Positions 1 through 14,635 of a stretch of DNA of 64,000 bases are shown one piece after another. The notes under the pieces were generated by a model that ran no database searches, was not told where the DNA came from, and was given only the letters and a program-made list of their open reading frames with translations. How positions within the stretch are numbered: position 1 is the first letter of the stretch; each line of letters starts with the position of its first letter. Origin of the DNA: Phoronis australis (taxonomy: Eukaryota; Animalia; Phoronida); the NCBI GenBank assembly GCA_002633005.1, contig NMRA01000179.1:132254-196253 (forward strand). Reading direction: 5' to 3'. The position numbers were made by a program, and so were the translations under genes.

Positions 1-972
1 ACATCATAAATCTTATGGTTCGCGGTCTGTACCCGGGGATACTTGACTATATTTTTGACGGAGGATCAGCTAGAAAATTAGGATACGCACCCATTCAGAG
101 AGACGTATGTCAAAAGGACCTATTTAAAGGTAGCTTGTGTAAAGTCATCCTTAACTTGGTGTGTTTCGGAAACAACACCCTTTTTCAGGGGGTTTATTTC
201 ATAAACTCAAATACTTTCATGGAGATTCTTGGTCAGATGTCTGTATTTACCCAAGTCGAGTCCTCTTAGGAAGAAATGGCATAAACAATTAGTTTACGAA
301 CACTTTTTTCATGTGTGAAGTTGAACAGCCGGGAAAGAAAATCCTTTTATAGTGAATTAAATAAGAAAATACACCCTTTTGTATTGTAATTGGTCTCGGT
401 TGCAATAAATTCATCCATCCAATTGACACGTCCTGTAAACTTCCTCCCTAGAAACTACCTCTGCTTACCGATTTATAAAACTTTGTAAATGCAGGTAGAT
501 TTCAAAATATGCTTCAAAAGTCTTGTGGATGGGCAACATTTACTTAGAATTGTTTCGTTTCAAAAGAATAAAGGCCATTCTAATGGACCTTCCGCCATTG
601 GAACTAGCTTTTCATTTAAACAACTTACCGCTGTAAACTAGTTTTCACCTCTTTCTCACTCATATGAGAGAAAATTACAGGGAACAGCAAGAACTGGCAT
701 AGTTTGAGACTATGCGCAATACATAACTTGACCCGCCGTGACCAACTTAATCCCAAAACAGTGCTTAAAGACCGCCAATAACCTTGTCAATGGGAGCGCT
801 TGCACAATTTTCTCCACTAGGATCGCTACTAACGTGGTCGCCTCGTGAATTTGGGTCGGGTTTATTTGTAGGTAGTTTCTCCTATATTACCAAGTGCTAT
901 GTGAAGGATTAAAAAAAATGTTTGATCAATACTCACTTTCTGAAGCTCTTACGTATTTTATTCAGCAAAATA

Positions 973-1206
973 CATAGGCGGATGCAGGGGAGACGTCCAA
1001 CTATGGACCCGGAACTCCATTTTCGCCAAAGCGGCAAACAACAGTCACAGGAAAAAGACAATCTTTTTCGTTTCTATAGACACAGAGATTGCGGCACTAA
1101 CTAATATTGCCGGTTTTCTACTTATTGTTGGTAACATATATTTCTCTGCAGAAACCTATCGTGCTACTTCACCCTCCTCTTTCGTAAAAAACTGGATCCG
1201 CCTTTG
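973..1206. mobile_element. Short GGCGGAT-TIR MITE (hAT-like family)
   Basis: cataggcggatgcag ... ctggatccgcctttg. Related ends occur at ~4500-4790, 12688, 18680-19763, 23505-23656 and 30949-31100. Confidence 0.6.
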
Positions 1207-4200
1207 ATTACTTAAAGACTATTACAGTTGAAACAGAGCGGTTCATTTCCTTCTGCCCGACATCGGCTGCAAAAAACATTTGCATTTTGGATGGATTTAC
1301 AATAATCTTTTGCAAAGAGATACTTAATTGGGATTTCCTGTATCCAATAACGGGTTCTTACTGTAGTCTCTGTAAGACATCAAATAATATGTGTACTGAA
1401 CCGTCAGCTAAGAGCTCGTGTACCGCAATTCATGACGCGTTTTCTTACCATTGGCGGAAGGGGGGTCTAGTGGGCACACGTGACTCGTATTATTAGATGA
1501 ATATGGAAACTTTACTGAAAGACTGAGAAATGAATGAACTTTTTAGATGTTTAATAACAATTACTCTAAGCCGAGAGATACTTCGAACTAAGGTGCAGTT
1601 GGATGAATGTAAATACACTGTAGGACATGCCGCTGATACGTGGGTTCATTCACTACTAGAGGGCGTAATTGACGGGTGATGAAGTCTACAAAGGATTATT
1701 CTTTCCTTCTCTAAAATAAGTAGTTTTCAGGGAATTAAAAAATGGAAGTATCGGAGGAAGCCTGCGACGGACAAATTTTCATTTTCGAAAATAAATACAA
1801 AATTAAAGCAGAAGTGTACAATAAATAGCACCATTCGAAAGCTGACGAAAATGTGTTTTATTGCATTAATAATCGTTTCCAGAAATACCCTAGAATTTAC
1901 ACGGCAGTGCAAAATATGGTAAAAGGTGTCGAAAACGGGTACACTGATGCTATCTGGTTTAACTAAACAAAATTCGTTTTTAAGCGAAAGTATTGTGTCT
2001 ACAGAACGCACCCCTGGTATGGTGCATCTGCGACGAAGAAAAATGACAACTCAAACTCGCCTCGAATGAAATCGACATTTCTGTGAGTAAAACCTACCCC
2101 AGACATGCGTCTTAATACACGCCTGCTTTCTGTTTTTTCAGACAGAAGATTAGAGTTGACACAGTTATTGTAGTACAGATGAGTATTAGTATAATTAGTA
2201 ATTGGTAGAGCACAGTTCGATAGTCATATTGTCATAAAGTATTTCTTTAACCTAATTTAAAGTAACATCTTTGCTCGTAGATTTCAATCATTAATGCCAA
2301 ATAAATATCAATTGCCTTAATTATCGATGAAAATATTTTTAGATTTGCATTCAATAAATCTGTGTAACTTTCTATCAGTTCTTAATGATCGCTTCGTTAG
2401 TTCACATGTACAATATTGTGTATACGGAAATTGAAATCATGAAATACGAGTATGAGTAAGCTTTTTAGCAATCGCCACTGAAGAAGACGGACCTTTGTTT
2501 GTGTCGGTTATGTGCGCTAGTAATGGTTGAACGTGGATGCGATCACATCAGTCTATTCTTGCGATTTGAAAAAGAAAGGACGCTGTCAGCAAGCTCGCAC
2601 CAACCAAACGCCGCTGCGAATGATGTTACAAGCGGAAGTGGAATATTGAAGCTAAATTAACCACGCGCGCGCGTAATGCAGATGCCATCTTATGAATGGA
2701 CACATTAGGACTCCTTAATTGCCCTTTAGTGATATCAAGCAATCATACAAAATCTTAATGCCTACTTTTGAAGTTTAGTTGAAAGATTCACGATAAGTCT
2801 TCGTATTAGCTTAAGTGTATTCCACTCAAGGACAACGATAACCCATATTTGTGGGAATAAAACTCTATTACATTAGCAACATCCGAACAAGAAGAAGGGT
2901 AATTTGTCACTCCAAATGATGTTTGACTTCACGTTGGATTGAATCCAAAGCGTGGCGGATGGAAATAAAGATTTAGAAAAAAACAAGCTGTTACAAGGAA
3001 CTGTTTTAACGTGCTTAGCAAAACTATAATAACGTCTTGTTTACGCGTGGGCGGATTTCTCGAGATAAAAACTTAGTGTATTTATTGTAAAATTAGGAGG
3101 AATGGGTCACTTAGCAAATGTCACCACTTGGTTAGATCGTATTCCATTACCGACATCAAGAACGCCAGTTCCAATGTCGCGGCTTGCATTGAATTCTGCT
3201 CCTTTGCTCGTCAACTACACGCAAGCCTGCATAGGACTCAGGGTTTGTGACTAATGGAATAAAAACACAAGTTTTGAATGATCCGACATGTTGCTTTTAA
3301 ATTTTCTCGAAAAATATGAAGAAAATAATTTCGATTAAAACGTAAACCACTGGGGGGGGGGGGCGATCTCACTAGCCAATTATCCTACTATAAACATTGG
3401 CTGCCAACAGTGGTAGACAACAGAACTAAGGACAAAGTACAACAGTACGTGCAGGATCAACACCTTTCTTGGAGCCGTCTCATAAAAAATTTAGGAACAC
3501 ACAGTTCAAGAAAAGGCAATAGTCTATTCAGACACCGGTCTTGGGTCTAGTGGTGGAAAACGTTATATATGGAAACTCCATTCAGACTACGAGCGACCAA
3601 TTCCCAGACTGCACCACATGTAAATAATAGTAATTTTCGGTTAATTTGAAATGTTGAACATGTATGTACCTTTAAATATGTTTTCGATTAAAAGACAAAT
3701 TTTGAAAAGTTCATATTAAAAATGCAGCTCTTAGGCTGATTGTTTTGGATATTATAGTCTCTCCCTATCCTAAAATTCCAACACCACTTTCCTGTGGGGA
3801 TAGTTCGTAGTAGTCTAGTTGGGTTACCCGGTTCTTGGTTGAACGGTAGATAGGCTAACAAGGTAGCAACAGCAAGTTGATGGAGAGCAGCATAAAAACT
3901 AACACAATCGTTGAGTTTCTACGGACACACAAAGTTTATTAACTCTAACAACAATATATATAGTGAATAAAAATTTTTGTGGGTTGTTTGTGCAAAACAA
4001 CGACACAATTGAAAAATCAGGTGACTTCATCCAAATCATAAACATGATCAAAGTCCGGACAACCTCGAAGAAACGTGCAAAGGAACCGTGAACAACCAAA
4101 CGACACAAAAAAAGCTTTCTGGTGAAATTGACTAGAAACGATGGCTGGGAGGAGTTTCACTACTGATAGACCCTATTCACGCCGACAGGAGGCGCATTCC

Positions 4201-6845
4201 AAAACGAGGCTCGCTACGATAGCTCTGTTAGCTTATCGGCATAGTTCTGTGTTTCAGACCGTGTTGTTCCGCGAACGGCTAGAAAAAATTCGGACACGCA
4301 ACTGTCTGTTACATTCACAATCTCTAAAGAAGTTGAGATTCGGAAGCGTTGGGTCGTTGCCGCGACGAAGCAAATATATGTCCGTGTAAAATTTATAAAT
4401 GTTTTCGAAAAGTTAGATCATATTTTGTCGAATGTCGGTCAGTTGTTAAGCATCATAGTAACGACCGGAGAATGGGCCAGCCAGGCTGTGTTTTCATGAC
4501 TACGGATTTAGGGCGGGGGGAATAGCCCCCCCCTAAAATTGTATCAGATCCCATTTTTGAGTTCGGGTGCGAATTGCTGACTAGCACACGTGCGCAACGG
4601 GGGGTGAATAAACAACGCATAGGCGCTGAATGAACCCCGTTTACCGTTTTTTTTTAGTCAACAGGTCCGCAAACCCAAGAATTCAAGACCCCTGCATCCC
4701 CAGAGTTTAGGCTGGGTGCGCGCATCTGCCGAAATGCTGCTTATTCCTGTGCCCTGCCTCCCTAACTCAAAATCCTGGATCTGCCCCTGCTACGGGTTGA
4801 AACATTATAATTTTTCTTTCCAAAAAGGACAGGGCCCTCAATCCCCAAATTTGGGGCCCAATATCGGCCCTATTCCCCTCTCAAACATATTGAAACATCA
4901 CGCGAAATTCCCCCCACGAGGCATAAAAATTCCCCTACTGAAAAATCTCTCTGAGTTCAAATCACCTGTAACCACACAGGTGACAATTTTTAAGAGCACA
5001 AAAGGCTACTTTAAATTGAGGCAGAGCATATGAGAGCTTGCAACAGGGCGGGGGTGCTATTGATGGTGATCGGGAGGTAGATTGTTCCCGCCCTCACTTG
5101 GCGAAAAAATCGCCTCTCAGTAGGCACTGGCACCGTTCCCCTCGGATGAAAGAGGCTCCTGCAGAAACATGATAACTATGATTGCATTGTCCAGTTAACT
5201 GAAATCGAGTTCTAAAACGATGTTATGTTTTGGACGAACAAATTAGGTGTTTTAATTTTAAAATTCAACTTGATCCAGATTGATATTTGAAATCTAACAC
5301 ATGAAATAGACGTAAGAATTATTACAACCAAGAAACCATTGATGGTCAAATAATTTTTATTTTCAATTACGAGCCCGATTTTTTTATTTTAATAAAAATA
5401 TATTTAATAACATCAATTATTCTTTCAGACCAATGACAAATCAACTGTTAGCCCCAGTGAGTGCATAGGATCAGGCTATGCTTGATGTTAATATTCTTGA
5501 TCAACAAATTAAACCAGATGTGACTAATTGCACATGACGGACACCACTGTCGAATATGTCTTCAACTCGTCAACAATACGAGCAGATGACCTGGTCCGCG
5601 TAGAAAGTATTTTGATCAACAACTTACAAGAAAAAACGTAACCCTGCATTCAGCATAATACCTAATCCGTAACACAACGATCGCTGCAATTTGGTCATAT
5701 TTACTTTTCATGTTTCGAACCTAGTTTTCCGAAAAAAATTAAACCCTTTCGTCAGACAACTCTTTGGCGCCTTAACTTGTTCTCTAATGTAATCTTCTAC
5801 GTCTCTGTGGTTAATTGTCGACACATCATTAAAATTCAATATCCAGGTTGGACTCGAAAGACCGGCTATTTAACTCACGCAATGTCTACTTTCACTTTGT
5901 TTATCGCAATAGGGACTATGAGTAGGCACTGGTAGGTGACGTGAAGCACAAGAATGTCCGGAATAGTTATATTACATAAATTGTTTTGCTGGGAGAGTTG
6001 TACTTTATAGGAAATTATTAAACTTGCACTTAATTAACTTCGTGAGAATTCATGGCAAGGGAGCCTATTCTCATGAAATCGTACATGGATAGACATTTTA
6101 ACTATTGTCATTCCAAAGAGGAAGTATTGTATCCGCATTTTTTGCAACCCTCCTCATTAAAGCAAATCTTTGAATGCCTATAAAAAGCATCTACGTTCTG
6201 ACGTGATTTAAAGGCAGATTTTGTCTGATTTGTATCCAGAAGCGTGAACGGGTTATCTTATGAAGGGGTCGACAGACACTTCCTCTCGATCCGAGCTTAT
6301 ACCGGCCTTGTCCATGTATATACGGCCAGTGGTGTTGAAATTGGGCCAGCGCGGGGTCACTTCCATGACTCTTGTCATTCAATTCGAAGTGTGTAAGGTA
6401 AGAAAAAAATGCAATCAGACATTACATTTTCCATTCGGCAATCATCAAAGAGATAAGAACTCTCAAGCCTCAACATAGACTCTATGGCACTGTAGCATTG
6501 CAGTCAACAAAATATCCGCTGTGTGTAGTCATACCACCCATCGTCTAAACATGAGACAACTCCTGCGATAACATTTGGGGTTCTGTTACCCCAACGCGAG
6601 CCTAATCCATCCCAATCGATTCACAAATTATTGCTCATGGCTTGGCGATTCAGGCGATTACCCATTCGCTAATTTCTCTTACAATACATCGATTTTAAAA
6701 ACTCAAAAGACGACTACTATTTTAAAACAGTCATGTTCGTCGTTTTCCTAGCATATTGTTCATTTTTGACTTAGAAACCTCTACGCTAAATAGGCACGTT
6801 CGGCCAAAAATAGCCGGCGACTACTGAGCTCCCTTCAATCCCAGC

Positions 6846-7258
6846 CTCGTCCCCAAGCCTCAAGATGGCGCTGTTATGGGAATTAGTTTCTGCGCAATGA
6901 TTGGGCATTGCCTTGACGTCATTAAAACAAAAGCAGATTTTAATTACTTTCACAAGCGTTGTTGCTGTCATTCATGAAGCAGAAGGCATTGTCTTGGATA
7001 TTGTACCGATATTCAATTCTTTTTGTTCAAGTTAACAGTATCATAAAAATAGTCTATTTTCGAATCAAAGTACATCATTATTGCAATAATTTGGAAATAA
7101 ATTGCTGCAATATACCGTTAGTTTACATTTTTATATTATACTTCAGAAAATTTCCAAGTTGTTTATATTACAGAATTCTGGCACATTTCATTTCCCATAC
7201 TAGAACCAAGCCTCAAATGGGTAAACCGATCAGGGCCATCTTGAGGCTTGGGGACGAG
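6846..7258. mobile_element. MITE with perfect 24-bp TIRs
   Basis: ctcgtccccaagcctcaagatggc (6846-6869) and gccatcttgaggcttggggacgag (7235-7258). Confidence 0.85.
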
Positions 7259-8689
7259 AGGTCTTCGCTAAATGCTCTGGGGTAAACAGGTCACGCATGC
7301 TCGTCCACATGCGTGCAAATCCTATTAGCGTAAGATTTGCCTAATGAACATTTGCGATTGTTTGGCTTGTACAAGGGTACCATAGAATCATACGCACGAG
7401 CATCGCCTGTTACGCTGTGAAAAGTAATGTGTTTTTGTCCTTTACAAGCAAAATTAATTGGGAAGGAGACTGAATTTAAAGTGAAACGAATCTTCACTGA
7501 ATATTGCTCAAATGCCAAACTTGAGTTTCAAGGTCGATGACTTTGCCATTTCTCTTGTTAAATTGATTGTTCTTCAGAATTAAACATACGAAGTAGGATG
7601 TTAACCTTGTCCTAGTTTATAAATACCTACCGCTACAGAGGTTACTTACGTCATAGACGACTGGTGACAATAAAGCGCTCCTGGCGGTTTCTTTTCTTGA
7701 ACTGAAAATGTTCAGTGGACAAAAGCGCGAGCGGAAATACATGATTTATGAACAGGAATGTAAAACTTCAAGATTCACTCAAGTCTTTTTCAGGGCAAAA
7801 CAAGATTAATCAGACTTTTCAGCTGATTTCTCACCACTGATTAAAAACAAAGCGGTTGATAATGCAAAACGCGTGTTTTTTCTCATACATCCTGTGATGA
7901 AACTCGGAAATAAGATTGGAAACGATGGCACTTGAACGGGCAGCAAGTTTACGATACTTTTACTTTAAATCAATACCTCCTAGTTCCAGGGTCACCACAT
8001 GTAATTTGACGAGCAGAAGTTGTTCGTTTACCTTTCCATAGCTTTAATTATTTTCATAAGCAAGTGTCCAGGCAATCAAATATCGACACAAGATGGCATC
8101 ACAATAATGACGGCCAAATCAGTTTTTAACAGTTAATGCGGTCTTAACTGACAAAAGTGAGGAAACATAAAACACATCATTTCTATACTAAGATTCTCTT
8201 AAAGCCGTTTTCTAAAAGATTTCTGTAATCTTAAATACATGTATATTGAGCTACCCAGATAGTCCCGGTAACACTTTTTCAATGTAAGAAAACACTGTTT
8301 TGTCACTCAGGCGTAGGGTGGTAAAATGATATGTGGAATATCCTTCGCGACACATTGCGTCAACGCCAGAACACAAAACGAAAGGTCAAAAGTTGTATAG
8401 AACCAATGAGCTATACCCGCTATAGCTCATTGATTGAACAGAGGTCTGTATAGAATACCATATCAAGAATCTCATAGTGAGGTAGACCAATTAAGTCAAC
8501 AAGCCTGGACCTAACCGTTCATTACCCTTGGTAGTTAAAGGTGTGATGCTCATCTTATACTGTACGTGTAACACTAAATTTACTTGTTTTACAAAACAAG
8601 GTAGGCTTTAAAACTGCCGTACCGACGTAAACGTTTGTGAGTTCTACGTTATACGTATGACATGGCTGTAACAAATCTGTGAACTGAAT

Positions 8690-9207
8690 TTAAAGAGGCC
8701 TGGAACGCGAAAAACACGTAAAAATGCCTGTTAATCAGATCGTGGCGAATCAACTTCTTGGGCTTGCCAACGTTAGACTTCACTTTGAATACTGCAAGAA
8801 TTTGAAAAAAATCGCCAAATTTACTATTTTCGAAACACAGACAAAATATGAACTGTTTCAACTCAATACAGTTTCAAATTCTTCGTCCCTAATAATAGAT
8901 ATGCTCAAAGAATTACCCAGTGTATAACCGCCATTGTTTTGTTTACGTCAAAGGTCAAAGGTCACATTTTCCATGTAAGGGAACTGTGCTACATATACAC
9001 CTGTCTTGCCATACCAAATAGGGAGACGTGCAATTGACATGACGTTTTTTGAAATATGAAACTAAATGAAAAATGGTTTGACATCAACCAAAATTCAAAA
9101 TTTTTACCAACAAACCGTAAAAAAATCTTGGTGAACAGTTTTATTTCTGTTTCAGTGGCAGAGAAGCACTTAATTAAACTTGTTTTTCGCGTTCTATACC
9201 ACTTTAA
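8690..9207. mobile_element. TTAA-flanked non-autonomous DNA transposon (Kolobok-like), copy 1
   Basis: TTAA-agaggcctggaacgcgaaaaac ... gtttttcgcgttctataccact-TTAA. The same left end occurs at ~17182 and 46863. Confidence 0.7.
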
Positions 9208-10820
9208 GCTTATTATTGTTGTTTGATGAAACCAAGCTTAGCGGCTTACATCGTATACGTAAGCGTACGCGTGCATTTACACAATCTCAGCTGGAGACAA
9301 TTTCGCTCACACGCTAGTTTATCTGTGTGATCGATGTTCAATCCCGTGGAAACTGAATTCGTAAGTTCCAGACTCCCATGGGATCTATTTTTACCTTAAA
9401 ACTATCAGTCAGCATTTCATTGATTAACTCCGTTTTCGTGGGGCTTTTTACTTCTTCCCAAATCAGCTAGGAAACGCACGCACTCATTGCGCCCTAGCAG
9501 CTATTGAGGAGTATGGCTACGTCTACCGAAAATTTCTAAAAGCAATCAAATATAACGCCTATTGTTGAGGATTTTTTTGAATGTAAACCCGTTGACCAGT
9601 TAACGATTTTTGTTTTATAGAATATCCGTTATGCAGGCTCCGGGTTGTCTGGAAATGCACGATTACGTTCTCTGTTTTCATTGGTTGGTTTCATTCTGAC
9701 CGGCATCCTACAATCCACAGTAATGTAACGTACCCATCTGTCTGTCAAAGAGTAGCGTGCCGCAAAAACATCGCCTGAAATAATGACGATATCCCTGCGA
9801 ATTCTTATGATGCTCTTTTAATCTTTGAAAACCCACAAATGTTTCGAGTAAAATTTGAAAATTCCTTGCAAAGTCTGCTAAACGAGAAAGCTTGACCTAC
9901 AATTTAGGCGAGTTAAGCGACAACTGTAGGGAAAGACCACCAAGAACCATAATATCCTGTCTGTTACAATGTGAAGCCTGCTTTTATCACACAAATGTGA
10001 CGTCAATGGTGCATCATTAGCAGGTGACAGAACGAGGATTGGTTGAAATTTCCAAAACACGTTTGGTATCTTTTTAAGTTAAACATTTTCAATCCAAACT
10101 AGAAAACAAACTTTTCGTCAATTGTATTGAAACACTTGCATATGCGTCCTTGAGATGGTCAGACCGCATGACCCTCATACAAGCAGAATATTTCCCAAAA
10201 CAAACCAAGATGATCTGTGCGAGGGAAATGAACACTATGAGCAGTCTAGGATTTGAAAATTCATTTCGCTCTGTACAGTTACTTAAATACTGTAATTATT
10301 TCTATGATTATTATTTGAATTTATGCAATAGGATTTGATAGGCGCAAACTGACCAGCAAAACATGTGCACTTTACCTCTAATATTAACACCACCTCCGAA
10401 TGAAAAACGGCCTAATATCCAGTTTGTACGTTTTACTGTATTATTTATGCAAGATAAATCGTGAATAAGCAATACAACAAAACACACGGACATGACAAAC
10501 GAAAAAATTTCTACGACACAAGACACCTTAAACATAAACAACATTTCGAAAATGTATAACAGCATTTGGCGATCTGAAGAGGTCGTTTGGGGTAAAAACA
10601 TTTGAGATAAGCAATAAAGACATTGATATTATTATACAAAACTTGATTGAAATATCTGACGAAACATTTCAAATATATGGCAATGATGACGCTTTTCAGA
10701 TTTTAGGGTAGCTGTTGACCTGGCTCAGACGCTAACTTAAAACGGCATTAAACCCGTGCTTTCTGTCAAAACAAAAAAGAACAAGATTTAAGCCACACAT
10801 ACCGATATAAAATTGATCTC

Positions 10821-11320
10821 AAATTATACCCCTTCCAAACGCCGTAACACCATTCAAGAGTCTATTAAATGCAAGCCGTTACATACTTGCAGCTCACTGT
10901 AATATATTTCTACAATACATTATACACCGCAACACACTTCAACGAGTCCTACATGCGTGTTACAGTGCCCACAAAGCGACGGCCTTTTCTTTGAGCAACG
11001 AGAACAAGTGGGAAGTCGCGAGACTTAAGAGTTCTGGGATAGCGGTACTTTCATCTGAGGCTGTCATTTTGTAAATTCGGCACGAAATACAGATTGCCGC
11101 TAGTCTCGAATCTGAAAATAAGCGAGAATATTGGCAACACTAGTAAACATCGACTTGGTCCTGGAGCTCACTGTAACACGCATGTAGGACACGTTGAAAA
11201 GTTTTACGGTGTATAAGTTAATGTATTGTAGAAATATATTACAGTGAGCTGCAAGCATGTAACGTCTTGCATTTAATAGACTCTTGAGTTGTGTTACGGC
11301 GTTTGGAACGGGTGCAAATT
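10821..11320. mobile_element. MITE with ~140-bp terminal inverted repeats
   Basis: ttccaaacgccgtaacac...tcctacatgcgtgttacagtg (~10833-10967) is the reverse complement of cactgtaacacgcatgtagga...gtgttacggcgtttggaa (~11169-11308), with few mismatches. Confidence 0.85.
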
Positions 11321-11482
11321 GGCTCTTAGTGATTTACGGCTTAGGAAGAATTTAGAGGTCTCTATATCCTCAAACCAAACTCTGAAAAAATAAGGAATTA
11401 ACACTTCTTCTGGAACCCAGGTATCCCTTCTGAAGTGAGCAAGGAAAAAGAAAAGACAAATTAATTTAAAACCGGTAAGTTG

Positions 11483-12112
11483 TCATCAACATTGGAAAGA
11501 CAAAAATTCTTAACTTAACCCCAGAGACAGAAACACCAATTGAAATAAATGGATCAATCCTGGAGGAAGTTGAACATTTCACATACCTTTGCAGCAAGAT
11601 AGATAAAAAAGGGTGGACCGAAGGTGACATACGAGCAAGAATTGCCAAAGCCAGAACTGCATGTTACCGACTAATGAAAGTATGGAAAGCTAGGACACTC
11701 TCGCCGAAAACAAAATTGAGATTGTTCAACTAAAACGTGAAATCAGTCCTGTTATATGGATCAGAGACCTGGACAAACACAAAAACAAACTTCAAGAGTC
11801 TGCAAACTTTTGTCAATTGATACCTGAGAAACATTTTGAGGATACAGTGGCCGGAAAGAATAAGAAATGAAGAATTGTGGGAAAGAACAGGACAGACACC
11901 AGTGGAAGAAGAGATCGGCAGAAGGAAATGACGCTGGATTGGACATACACTAAGAAGACCAACAAGTAACACTTCCAGACACGTATTAAAGTGGAACCCA
12001 CAGGGTAAACGAAATAGAGGCAGATCACGAATGACCTGGAGAAGATGCATCACCGATGACATGGAGAGGTTAGGATACTCATGGAGACAGCTAGAAGGAA
12101 TCGCCCAGGACC
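11483..12112 (+). mobile_element. 5'-truncated, degenerate RTE-clade LINE (C-terminal RT region)
   Basis: The + frame reads INIGKTK...LEEVEHFTYL...DIRARIAKAR...KTKLRLFN*NVKSVLLYGSETW...LRIQWPERIRNEELWERT...RWIGHTLRR...WNPQGKRNRGR, with in-frame stops. Confidence 0.9.
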
Positions 12113-14635
12113 TATACCCTGGTAGGGGTGACGGGCATTGATGAAATTACCTCAATCAAAACTCGTTTGCCGAAAACACGGGTTTAATGCCCCTTGAAAA
12201 ACAAAATTAAAGCCCCAAATGGTATTACATTGAACTTGCAGGATGCTTTCACTATGGTCGCTGGTTCCGTTCACAAAATTGTAACACACANACACACACA
12301 TATATATCCGGCAGAGATTTTAATTTTCCCTTCCGCCAGAAATCGCTGTTGTCCATACTGCACACGTACGATTGGAGTAGTTTACACTAGCGACACTGAA
12401 CACGCGCGATGTCGGAAATTATAATGGCAGTGCTACCTGGTCACACAGGTAAATCTTATTTCAAAAATGGATCCATGGTGCATAATTTTTAAGAAGTCGT
12501 AAAGCATTTAGTAGTAAAATTTTTGACAGATGGACGACACACATCAACATTCCAATACTATATCTACTTATTGCACAGACGGATGTGGGATACCGTAAGA
12601 GTAATTCAGACAAAAATATTTGAAGGAAAGTTTTCGCGTATTCCCTTAAAACTGCATGTCACCGTCGTTTTTAGGTGTTGCCCCCTAAATCCGCCTATGG
12701 ATCATCTGTTTTACCACTTCCACGATAAAAATAAATCATGTAAACATACAGTAACGCAACGTTCTACCTGAGAAATCAGGGCAATAAACATGCGTGTATA
12801 CAAAAATAGATAAGACTGGATAGCGGGTAAAACATGGTCAGGTGGAAAGGTCATTACGTCACTTGTTTTACACGATCCGTTGTTTGGACCGCTAATTGTC
12901 ACACGTGACGTTCGAATACTACACGTGCTGACTGACTGACTCCCTGTGCATGATGGTAACAAGGAGTGTACTAGTACTACTACACTCCTTGGTGGTAACT
13001 TGAGAGCAAGAAAGGGAAGGATTGTGGCAAGAATGCATCGAGGATCCTGCTACGTGAAATGCAGCGCTCACTGCTCAACATTGACGAGGATAACCACGTA
13101 AAAAATTAAAAAAGGGTTTGCCCTAAAATTCGCTGTCTGAAGTTTTTAATTAAAAATACGACTGGGAAAGTATCTGTAAGTTGCTTCTGTTGATTAAGAA
13201 ATTGTGTAAGTAAAAGTTAAAAATGTGTTGAAATTTTGAGACACGCTGAGGAGACTTAGCCATTTTAACATATCAATCGATATCACCGACCGCTATAAAA
13301 TACATACTCTCACACTAACCATGTACGTCTTGTTGATTTTGTTGAAAACTTTGTGATCAATTTAAAACCAACGTGGATGGTAGTGGATACATCTAGATAA
13401 CCAAAAATTTTCAAAGAATTAAAACAAATTAAAATTGGTTTAATAATTATTTGTTGGTTTCAAATACAACAGAAATTATTTATTGTGATAGACAACTATT
13501 TAAAAAATTGTATGACTGTTATAAATTCTTTCACAATTTTGTCGAGTTATTTCAATGGATAATTTTAGATTTTTCTGAATGTTGTTTACAAACGAGTGGT
13601 GTTTTCTCTTTAGTTGCTGTTAGTGTTTTGGTTTATATTTAATTTCAAAGCAGCATGAACCTTTCCACATAAATTAGAAAATTAAAATATTACGATTATT
13701 GTCCTTGTTAGAGGTCCGCCATCAGAGACGTTAAGTCAAATTTGTTTAATGTCAACTTCATGTATCCGTACAAAATGCTAATTAAAGTCACACTTTTTAT
13801 AGCCTTTTTGTAAACAATCTCAGAACAGCCTAGAATTTAAATGTTATCCTTTAAACCACTTCAGTTCCATCGTTAATGCATGAAACATTGAAATGCTTAA
13901 CGTTAATTCAAATGTTCTTCATGAACTCATCAAGTCTTGAAACTTAGCTGCGAGAGCGCAAAATACAATTCATTCTCCACACAGTGGTGACAGCGCTAAG
14001 ATCGCGCTAACGACAACACGGGAATGGCAAATATAACGTTCAAGTGCGTGCATGAATACTGTTTGCAGATCCCAATCACGCTTCCTCAAAGTATCTATGA
14101 ACACATTGTTCTATGTTTTATATTACTTGTACGTGTAATCACACTACCACAGTTCTCAATCATTTCTTAATAGCACTGCATCTCACAGTCACGCATGAAA
14201 TTTCCGAAAAAGCAAACGAAAAAACAGAACAGCTTTCCGTAAGGTTAGATTCTTACGAGTTTGGCGAGATCACAAAAGTAGTCGCGAGATACCGCTATGC
14301 AGCTCAAAGCAGGTTATCCGACTAAGTAGCTATTATTTTCTAGTACTTAGTATTACGGAAAGGGCACTGACCTTTATTTTACATCTAATGTTTCTACGTA
14401 AGTGAACAATTCCCCCAAAAGAGCGATAACAATACTATAATGCCATAGGCTTTTCCGCTTATGCGCTATGAAGTGACCATAAACGCTCACATCTCGAAAA
14501 AAACTCTGTGTACGTAACAAATTGACTGGCAGTCAACGGATGTTTCAATCTAGAACCTACAGTAGCTTCGATTAAACAGCGGATGATTTTCCACGCAATC
14601 TGTCACCGAAAATGGGTACACGTAACCCGATCTAA

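Larger units (their letters stand above)
10744..12191. mobile_element. Outer TIR element enclosing the MITE and the RTE fragment
   Basis: ggcattaaacccgtgctttc at 10744 pairs with gaaaacacgggtttaatgcc ending at 12191. Confidence 0.6.

Noticed and set aside
11730-12062. Minus-strand ORFs of 61-110 aa
   Set aside because: Antisense to the degenerate RTE fragment.
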